A stretch of 64,000 nucleotides of DNA from contig CM082597.2 of NCBI GenBank assembly GCA_040954595.2, positions 4,345,244 to 4,409,243 of the forward strand, given 5' to 3'. Shown here piece by piece: positions 37,577-47,100 of the stretch (positions within the stretch are counted from its first letter, which is position 1; each line of letters begins with the position of its first letter). The DNA is from Balanoglossus misakiensis. Taxonomy: Eukaryota; Animalia; Hemichordata. The notes beneath the pieces were generated by a model, which saw only the letters and a program-made list of their open reading frames with translations, made no database searches and was not told the origin of the DNA. Both the position numbers and the translations under genes were made by a program.

Positions 37577-38993
37577 ATGCAAACGGCGTAGGACAAGATC
37601 AACAAAGACTGATTTCGGACACAGGGGGCGCTTTGTTTACATAATGACATGGAGAAAACTACTAACACCTGGACGACAAAAAGCGGAAGTTGATAGAGCA
37701 CGTGACTATGCGCTGAATTTGAGCTAGTGATCAACAATCTGCGCAGAAATCGAAGAGTGTCGAAAGTTCACAGACAATAGACGGTGGGCTACCTTCCAGC
37801 TGGAAATTTGATCTCAGCAGAAAATTCAAAGTGGAAATTTCTGTCAAATTCATGAGATTCCTTTTCGTTGTAGAAATCATTTCGACAACAAGAGTCTGAT
37901 CACGTGATTCAATATGTTGTCGAACAGGTTAATGTACATAGCAATCTACCGGAAATTTACATTTTGAACAAATGCCATTCTTGGATTCATAATCTATGCA
38001 ATCTGAATAAAGTGATGTCGTCAAAAAGTGAACTCAGTCTCTGGTGTACATATTATTTTCTCCATAAAATAGAATTTGTGAAGCAACAAATACATGCTTG
38101 TCTGTGGAAAATGCACAAGCTGTTTAGTAGATATTATAAACAAAGCATTGGATTTTCAGCAGACCGTGATGGTTGACGATAAGTTTTAGTCTTCACGTGT
38201 TTGCTGATAGCTCCACGATGTTGTTGACATGGGATGCACATTCACGACTGCTCAAAAGACTAAAATATACCAAAGCCAGACGTACCAAGATATTTTCGCA
38301 CATTGTCGAGAAGAAAACATAAGTTCGGTCTACCAGATGTTGATATTTGCATATTCATGAAGCTGTTAGCAGATGGATATGAACATATGCAATGTACGAC
38401 AAATATAGTTTAAAAGGCACACCTATGATTTCGAGGTGTGTATTAGTTATTAGACTAGAGACTAGAGTGAGGGACAAGCAGACAGACAGGCTGACAGACA
38501 GTCAGACAGACAGACAGGCAGACAGACTCATTCAATCACCACTCCATTGGCAAACATATGCGGAGCCTTAATATATCATAACGTACGGTCATAGTAGTGG
38601 CAATACGGAAGACCATTCCTTTTCTTATACTTAATATTCATAATAGTATAATATAAATGGTAGTGGCAATTACACGCATTTGTAGTTCGGATTAAAGCAT
38701 TTACCTCCGCTGAGTTCGAAGGCAAAGCTGTTCGACAGGCAGATTCAGACGTCAAGGTAAAATCATTTTTTTTTCTTAACTGAGCGTAAGTACTCTGAAT
38801 ATTACGTCATATCAATTGGTAAAAAATGTCCGTACAGGATTACACGTGTATTTCGAAATTCATGCATACATAGTCTTACTTTGGGTTGATAACGTTTACA
38901 AAGTCGTGTGAAATGATAAAATCCAAGCTATTTATCGTTCTTTTCCAGGTGATTTCATTTGTCCGCTGTGTGCCGTAAAATCGACAAACAACC

Positions 38994-41900
38994 ATGGGAG
39001 TTCTTGTTTACGTAACGGCCATCGTTTGTGTCAGCTTCTACGTATTGGGTAAGTACAACTTACAGTCGAAGAACAATTTTCTTTACTCCTGGGTTCAGAA
39101 TAGTTTGCAAACTCATTATGGTGGACAAAAAAATAGCTAACTGTAATCGTTGCAATGAAAAAGTTGCTAATAAACTAAAATACATCCTTAAACGTTGTTT
39201 GAATGAGAAAGAAAATCGTCAATGACAACAGATGGCGAATGTGTCCCATTGTTTTCTGAGAGTAAGAAGAATTCGGCATAACGTATTTCACCCCTTTGTT
39301 TTTCAATGAAATGCAGCTGTGCGTGCGGTTGACTGCGACAAGGGCGTTCTAAACGATAAAATGGTCACCTTCGCCGGCAATCGAGAGAGCTATATGAAGT
39401 TAACAGATGTAGACATCCCGGACCTGGACAAGTTCACTGCTTGCTGGTGGGTGCAGACCTTCGTCACCACAGGGACAACGGCCGATATCACCTACTTCAC
39501 GTACACCACCGACGACGAATACAAAGGTTCCATCTTCGCCAAAGACATCAGAAGTTTCAAGATCTACTTGAATCGTCTTCGAGTGTACGGCGGCTCCGAC
39601 TTCGACATTCGCTACGGCATCTGGCACCATCTGTGCTTTGGGTGGTCGAACGCCGGAGGCGATTACCAAATTTATAAAGATGGTCTCCTGTTGAAGGAGG
39701 GCAGTGGGTTTAAGACAGGCGAGATTATCCGTGGAGGCGGTGTTCTCTACGTTGGGCAGTATCTCGCTGAAGCAACAGGTGAATTCTGGGCACAGCGGTA
39801 CTCCTACAACGGCAACATGGACTCCTTCAACTTTTGGAACACTGTTGTAGAAAGGGCGCAAGTCGAGGTGATGGTTTGTTTACGTTGTTGATTTCTTTCA
39901 ATGTGTTGTTGTTGTTGTTGGCTTTGCTACGTTTTGTAGCTTTGGACCTCCGAAGTATATCACAAGCAAATTTCAAAAGTATATATATACGTTCGCAAAT
40001 ATTCACCAAATGTATAAGACCTTCTGTCACGTGTGAGTGTACACTGAAGGACCTTAAATTTCGTTAAAGAAATCCTGAATGATTTAGAACGGAAGTTATG
40101 TGTACATGTATCTGCACATAGAGTTTATTATTTATAAATATATTTCTATGTTGATTTATGTATGTATTTTCTTTGTTGCCAGACTCTAGCGGAAAGTCAC
40201 AGCTCATCTTTGGGCTGTGGAAATTTAATCGCCTGGACAACGTTCAAGGATTCCGACTTGGTCGGTGTCGTAGCAAGCGATACACCATTGACAGGAGGTG
40301 GGTATACACGTTCACATTATCTCTGTAATATCTGCTTAATCTTCCGGTGAGTTTGTCTGAGAGAGACACACGCAGTGACGGCATATGATAAATGTTGAAA
40401 CGACCCAAAACGGGCCAAAACGAGCCAAACGACCATAAACCGGCTGAAACGAGCCATTTCATCAAGTAAACGACCTAAAACAATCACTTTGGGTATTCAG
40501 GGGTTAGATAAAATCCCAAATTCTAGAGAAATACGGCGGAAACCAGCCAGACAGTTGATCATTGCAAATATCCTATATATGGCACCAACGAGTTAACGGG
40601 CCCCATATCGCCTCCCAGCTACACACCTGAAATTCAGTGTTACAATGAATTCTGCCTCCGTTATTTTGCTTTTTTTCAGAACCAAGAGCAAATGATTGTG
40701 TAGGAGGACACTGTGACGACAAAATTTTCCGAATGGATAGCACCATCGGTAGCCATGGCTACGTCCAATCTTTTCAACCCGTTCCCAACCTCAAGGCGTT
40801 GACAGCATGTGAATGGGTGAAGACAACGGATAAGTTGGAAACCATCGGCCTCTTTGGTTATCGGTCCCTGGATGAGAGGGAAGGAAGTTTCAGCATCCGT
40901 AACCCGGGCAACTTGCAACTACACGTCAACGGCGAGGTAGGCGTGGAGAGTGGGGTGGACATCAGCGGCGGCGACTGGCACCAGATCTGTTTCACCTGGG
41001 AATCAGACGGCGGCAGACACCAGTACTACGTTGACGCCGAGCTGGCGGCATCCGGCGAGAACTTGGCGGCAGGACAGACTGTGCAGGGAGGCGGCATGGT
41101 GATAATCGGTGTCCCGATGCGCCGCGTGGGAGTCGAGTTCGACTGGAAGAACAGGTGCAACCACCAGATGAGAGATTTCAATGTGTGGAGCTCAGTTCTG
41201 TGTCAGGACACGATTTCTGTAAGTCCAAACCAATTTCTATTACTAGACATCAATAAATAAATCGCCCCAATTCCATTTGTGTTGTAGGGACTATATTATT
41301 GAATGATCTTTTTCTAAATCCAGTTTGCCAATTTAGTACCAATTCATTGAGTGTAATCGAAACTGCATGGTCACACTAGTAGTATGACATAAAATTTATT
41401 ACATTATTGAGTTCACCTATCACAAGCCTGAGAGTACCTGTTGAAATTACTATATTATAAAAAACAACAACCCCATAATTAATCCCCTTATGCTTGCCGC
41501 CTCTTGTCTTTTTTGACAAAGCTTTCCCTTGTTTCTCCAACCAGGAAATGTATAGTAAGCCACGCCAGAGTGGCTGTGGTGACGTCATATCCTGGCATTA
41601 CTACATGGGTCATGACCTCTCTCCAGACGTTGATTTCAAAGTATTTGACGACACGGACTTTCCAGCCGGTAAGTCTGACCAAGAATCCATTTAATTCTCC
41701 TGCTCGCTGTTAAAGTCGTGCTCAGTTTTCACATTGCTCAAGTGGACTCCATTTAGGAATGGAAAGCGGAAAGACTATTCATCACTCTCACAGGTTATGC
41801 CCGGGACACGTGGCGGTTGCACCATGCGGTAACAAACCCATTCGACCAAACTGTTGGGGGCGCACATTGACCTTTCTGGAATAGTCTATTTGATTTCATG

Positions 41901-42128
41901 GGGAGGGGGAGGGTCCGGGAAATGGAGACTGTGACGGATTTTTAAAACGGTATCTTCACGTGTTTTTGAAAACATTACAGTCGGACGAATTTTCCAAACA
42001 AACTTCACAAGTGACTAATAACATGCAGTTCACCAACAAAGGTGTTTCTGAGTTTAGAAACGACTGCTGCTTATCCCTTCACGCCTTTAGAATGTCAATG
42101 TTTTTTTTTCTCGTTTACAGAAACGTAA
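38994..42128 (+). CDS. Secreted tandem pentraxin-like protein, paralog 5, ~463 aa
   Basis: Exons 38994-39048, 39317-39867, 40183-40297, 40680-41218, 41545-41668, 42121-42128 (ET*), then AATAAA at ~42165. Signatures WHHLCFGWSN and WHQICFTWES. Confidence 0.88.
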
Positions 42129-43052
42129 ATCCTCGGCTTAACTCAGACCTGAACCTGCTCTTCCAATAAATTCAAGTAACACACATTGCTCGTTCTATGC
42201 AAAGAGCAGGTTGGAGGTCTCGAAAGCGAAACTAAATCAATGCTGTCTTGGAAAAATCCGTAGTGACCTGGGAATATAATTCAATGTCAACAACTAATCA
42301 ACAGAATGGCGATATAACATCTTGCCTGTTGAAGATTACTAACGATTCACTGCAAAATTTTATGCAAAGCATGGTGGTGGGAAATTTATAGTAAAATTGA
42401 TTCATTTGAAGCTTTATGTTTTATTTATTTTTTCATTTGCGTCAGTGCATTAAATATCAAGCATAAAGAAACTACTGCGCATATTGTCATTGTTTCCGTG
42501 AGCAATGAGTGCAAATACCAAGCATTTACAAGGCCAAAAAACATGGTTTATTTCAGTGGTTACTTTCCTATGATTCTACTTGAAGAAAAACTACAATGCA
42601 GAGTGCTATGAACATGCTGTATGCACCAACAGTTAACATAACGAATACATTTATTGTCTATTTACAAAATTTGCGGGGATATACAGTAAAAAATAACACA
42701 TAGAAATAATGCAAAACTTTACAAGAACTAAAAATGACATCATCCACTATGAGAGGCAGATCCACATGGATTAGTCATATATAACGGCTTCGATAAGCTC
42801 CTGGTGTTATAGGGGTGGACACAATACTGAAGAAGTTTTGAAAAGTTGTAGTTTATATCGGACAAGTGTTATTTGACATAGCATTGTGACTGTTAAATCG
42901 GCCTTTCTGAAGTGGCTACAGGCTAGAAGCTGGCAAATAGAACCACATCTATTGCCTTTTCTTGACAACTACTTTTTGATAAATGAATACATCCTCCCTC
43001 CCTACACCATCTGCCATAGTGTCTATCACTTGTATGCTGCCTCCTTCAGAGC

Positions 43053-43245
43053 TTAAAGGTAAACGGTCGCTTCCAATTTACATACGGCCATATATAGCTG
43101 AAATGGGGTATTTCAGTGTTCTATAGAACATATTGTGGCGCTTTTTTTGCGTGTGCCACCACCCACTGAAAATCTGTGATTGGCTAGATCTCAATTTGCC
43201 ATGGTAACTATAGCTAAATTTCCGTCGGTGACCGTATACCTTTAA
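43053..43245. mobile_element. Non-autonomous DNA transposon, TTAA-flanked (Kolobok-like ends)
   Basis: TTAA|AGGTAAACGGTCGC ... GTGACCGTATACCT|TTAA terminal inverted repeats; lies 3' of the USP25 stop. Confidence 0.7.
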
Positions 43246-44197
43246 CTACAGTAACACCCTTGGATGCAAAACAGAATAAAGACACATCTGCACTAATGGC
43301 AGAATACACATCTCTTAGAACTTCTACCTTCAAAAGAATGCTTGCATCAACACATAATAAAGCCAAGACATAATTATGCTTTTTTCTTATAAATAAAAGA
43401 ACAAAATTAGACATACTGAACATAATTTCATATCCTTTATGGTGGCAAAACATGGCATGTTTCACCATCTGGACACAATACAAACTGAGAACCATTTGAT
43501 GTGATGTGGGCTGCTGATCATTTTAATAATGAAAGCCAAGCAGATTTGCATACATGTAAGTATATATACAGTTATGGTTAGAAGGTAGTTTCTGTCGATT
43601 TAGTGAGATGATGTGGCAAGATTTGTACGGTTATATACAGCCAGGAAAATACAGAAGTCTGTGATATCGAGAATTGACGATAGGTCTCAACTGATCATTT
43701 ATTGCCAAGGTTGTTAACAGCATGCCCTTCAACCCTTTGTTTTTATAATTATGCTGAAAGTTGAGAATGTCATTTGTGGATAGGACTGCAATGCCATTAT
43801 ACCGACAAGACAATGAAATGTGCATCTGAAATAATGTACAACCCACACAGATATGGCTGGTAGTTTTTTCATTGCACACATCTTTAAGACGGAACAGACC
43901 CTCCCAAAATGAATTTAGTTTTCCGATGTATGTAGGTGTGTGTGTGAGTGTGGGAATGACCATTTTGCTAGAAGCTGTGCCTATGCTTATTCTGTGTATA
44001 TAAACACTAACGTTGCAAACATATGCAGAGTGGGACAAAATGAAAATACAGACTTCCTGTTTAAAAAAAAGGGAAATATACAATATGAAGCAGATACTGG
44101 ACTTATAGTCACTCAAACCCTGCCACCCCTATCCCAAAGTGTAATCTCCCTGGATACATAATTCCCGCAAGTGTCTTACAGATGATTTCTGTTACTG

Positions 44198-47100
44198 CTA
44201 TGAAGAAGCAGATTTCTCATTTAGGTTATATACACCACTATGGAGGACCATCTCCATGATTTCTATGTATCTTTCACTCAGGTCTTCTGACTTCCGTCTT
44301 GACAGGGTTGGTGTTTTGAGGGTACAGGCCTCTGCTGAGACATCGATAAGTTTGGGTAATAAGTCCTGGAATTTTTCTTGGAGGGATGCTGCAATATAAA
44401 TGAAATATTAATTAATTAATATTAATTTTTTATATACTGCATTATATAATGCATCTCAATGTGCTTTACCAATATCTAGTAGCTATGAGGCAATGATGCT
44501 ATGATTAATATTAAATATAAAGTTCCTAGTAAACAGTCATAAAAAAGATTCTACAGACATTATAGAAGTCTGTAGCCTATAGTATCTCCAATGAAGTTTA
44601 TAGAATTTCTATGGATATCTATAGAATTCTATGTAATTTTTGACCTCTTCTACTGAAATCTATAGAATGCTATTGAAATCTATAGAACATTTTTTATCAG
44701 AGTTAAGAATTATGGGCACATTTTGCCTGACCAAATGCCAAATGAAAATATTTTGCAGTCCACGTAAGACCACCATATATTCTTACCATTAATTTCTTGT
44801 CCTAAAAAGCTATACCATCTATCCCTTATATCTTCGGCAGCGCTGTTGTCTTCCGGGTATTTTGAACTGGACAAGATCCCGAGACATGGCACTACATATT
44901 CCTCTACTATTTTCAAAGCTTCGTCGGCCTCCCTCTCGTCATCGGATTCAAACGCTGTAGCACACTGGTCATTCAATTGCTGCCGAGCAAAGAAATTTCC
45001 ACCAAAAATCAATTCAGTTTTCAACAATATCGTTGCATTGCAGGTTGGCAGCTGGTTTGATTTCAAGGGTGCCTAGAATCCTGGCACCCAGGCCTGTTAG
45101 GCTGCCAAGTGCGTGTTACTCAGTAGGGCCTATGGCCCTTAAGCCAAACCAGTGCAAACCTGTACGTATGAGAGCCATGTCAAGACAGTCAAAATACGTC
45201 TAAGAAGAAAAATGGCACATGCGTATTTTAAGGGACACTCTAAACAGGTATGACACCCAGTAGCATTAGGGTTAAGTATGTGGTTTTGAAAATTGAATCT
45301 TAATTAAAGGCTGACCTTCTTTATCAGCTTTATCCAAAAGCAAATGGATTAACTTGATAAAGATTTCAATGGAAAACAATAGGTTTGTACCACAGAAACA
45401 TTCAATATAAACAACAGATAATGCAAGAACCAGAGATTGACCATTGAATATCGAAGATATAGTCACCTATCCAACTTTAGCCACAATTGCCATGCGACGA
45501 AAGTTTGAACTTACCAGAAGACATTCTCTTCTGTACACCGATACAAGCCTGTCATCTACTGAATAATACTTCTCTTCTGGTTTGAGAACTGAATTGAATT
45601 TGTGTGCATATACGAAGTACGGCAGTGCAGCTTGGTAACTAGACAGAAAACATCAGAATAAATATTCAGCATTATTGCAGAACAAGTTACCACACTCAAA
45701 TGCTAACAGGACAAAGTCTCTCTCTCGCTGCCCTTTTTCCATTAATTATGTTTGATACAATACACTGTTTATGTTTCAACATGTGGATATTTAGTGAATC
45801 AGTGTTTACCATTTATTCATTTTGGCGAGTTTTTTTCTCTCATATCCTACAAACAGGATAGAAGTTGTGTGTGGTTGAATGTTGATACACTATATTCACT
45901 ATCACAAGATTAGTGTATCAAATGATTAATAAAACACAAGTCTTGTGCAGTGATATAGCAAATATAGATAATGCGCACTTACTTTTCTTTTGAATGGTAT
46001 GATTCTAACCCTACTAGAAGAAGTGATACGACTCTCCTAAGAGCTAAATAGTCTTCGTGCCATTTTGTATACTTTTCCATTTGTTCTGGTGTTAGCACCA
46101 TCGAGTCCATTTTCTTCAGGGCAGCTCTCTTGATTGACTTGCAACTGCAAGGAGACAAGTCAAGTCAAGTCAAGTCAATCAATCAATCAATCAATCAACC
46201 AACAAACCAACCAACCAACCAACCCAATCCGAATTTTTTTTTAAAAGACTAGTATCCACCACATTGTGGTTGCAACTATGTAACACCGTTTATCATCGAA
46301 AATCAATGCGTCGTCACTTTTTACTGCATTTCCAAGTGAACATATATTTGTTGGCAGGGTATCCCTGAATAGGGGAACAATGACAACGGTAAAATTGCAT
46401 ATATTGAGCCCTGTTGATGGTAAGAGTGTTGGCGTACAGAGGACAGTAGTTTATATAACACATAGAGATTAGATCAATTACCGACGCAAGAAATTTGTGC
46501 ATTGACCTACCTATTGTCAAACGTCAACCCTTTGAAAGCAAACTGTTCGTATATCGTTCTCTCAATGACGTACATCGGTGCACCGTTCTTCAAGAAAAAG
46601 ATGATGCCACTTTTCAGGCGATAGTCCTGCTTTGGATACATCTGATCGAACCGGTCTGCAATGGACTGCAGTCTTCTCAACTCGTCCTGAAATGCCTGTT
46701 GAATATATATAATGGTGCATCATCAGAAATGCTGGCTGAGGGGAAATACTCCGTATAACATAATGCAGAGAAGTTAAAAGACATTACAGCTGCGACGTTT
46801 CATTGTGTTTTCCAGACTTTGCTAAGTACAAGCTCGGTCGTAGTGTCTTGTTATGCCCCTATATCGCAATGAAATATCTGCTACACAGTAAGTGTAGCCC
46901 TGCTGTCCTACCATTCAAACACTGTTATGTATATGTGTGGCAATTGATAAATCTTTTCAAATGTTGTGAATTCTGTTGGTGCATTTCATTGGTTCTAGGA
47001 CAGTCACCCCCTGAAAATTTCCCCATCTGAATTTTACCATGATCATACCCCTAACCCTAGCCCCAATTAGTGCCTGGGTGGTATTTGCCCAGGGGGTAAC

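Noticed and set aside
40680-40732. Possible pseudogenisation of paralog 5 (ORF track starts late, stop upstream)
   Set aside because: The acceptor at 40679 gives an in-frame exon (EPRANDCVGGHCDDKIFRMDS...); the stop is intronic and all exons are intact.
19346-40918. Long antisense or alternate-frame ORFs over the pentraxin exons (e.g. 20612-21208 -, 28674-29270 -, 39400-39861 -)
   Set aside because: These are the expected shadow of strong C/G-ending codon bias; they have no domains, signal peptides or independent splice signals.
47047-47066. Telomere-like CCCTAA motif
   Set aside because: Only about two degenerate units inside a short TIR element; not a telomeric array.
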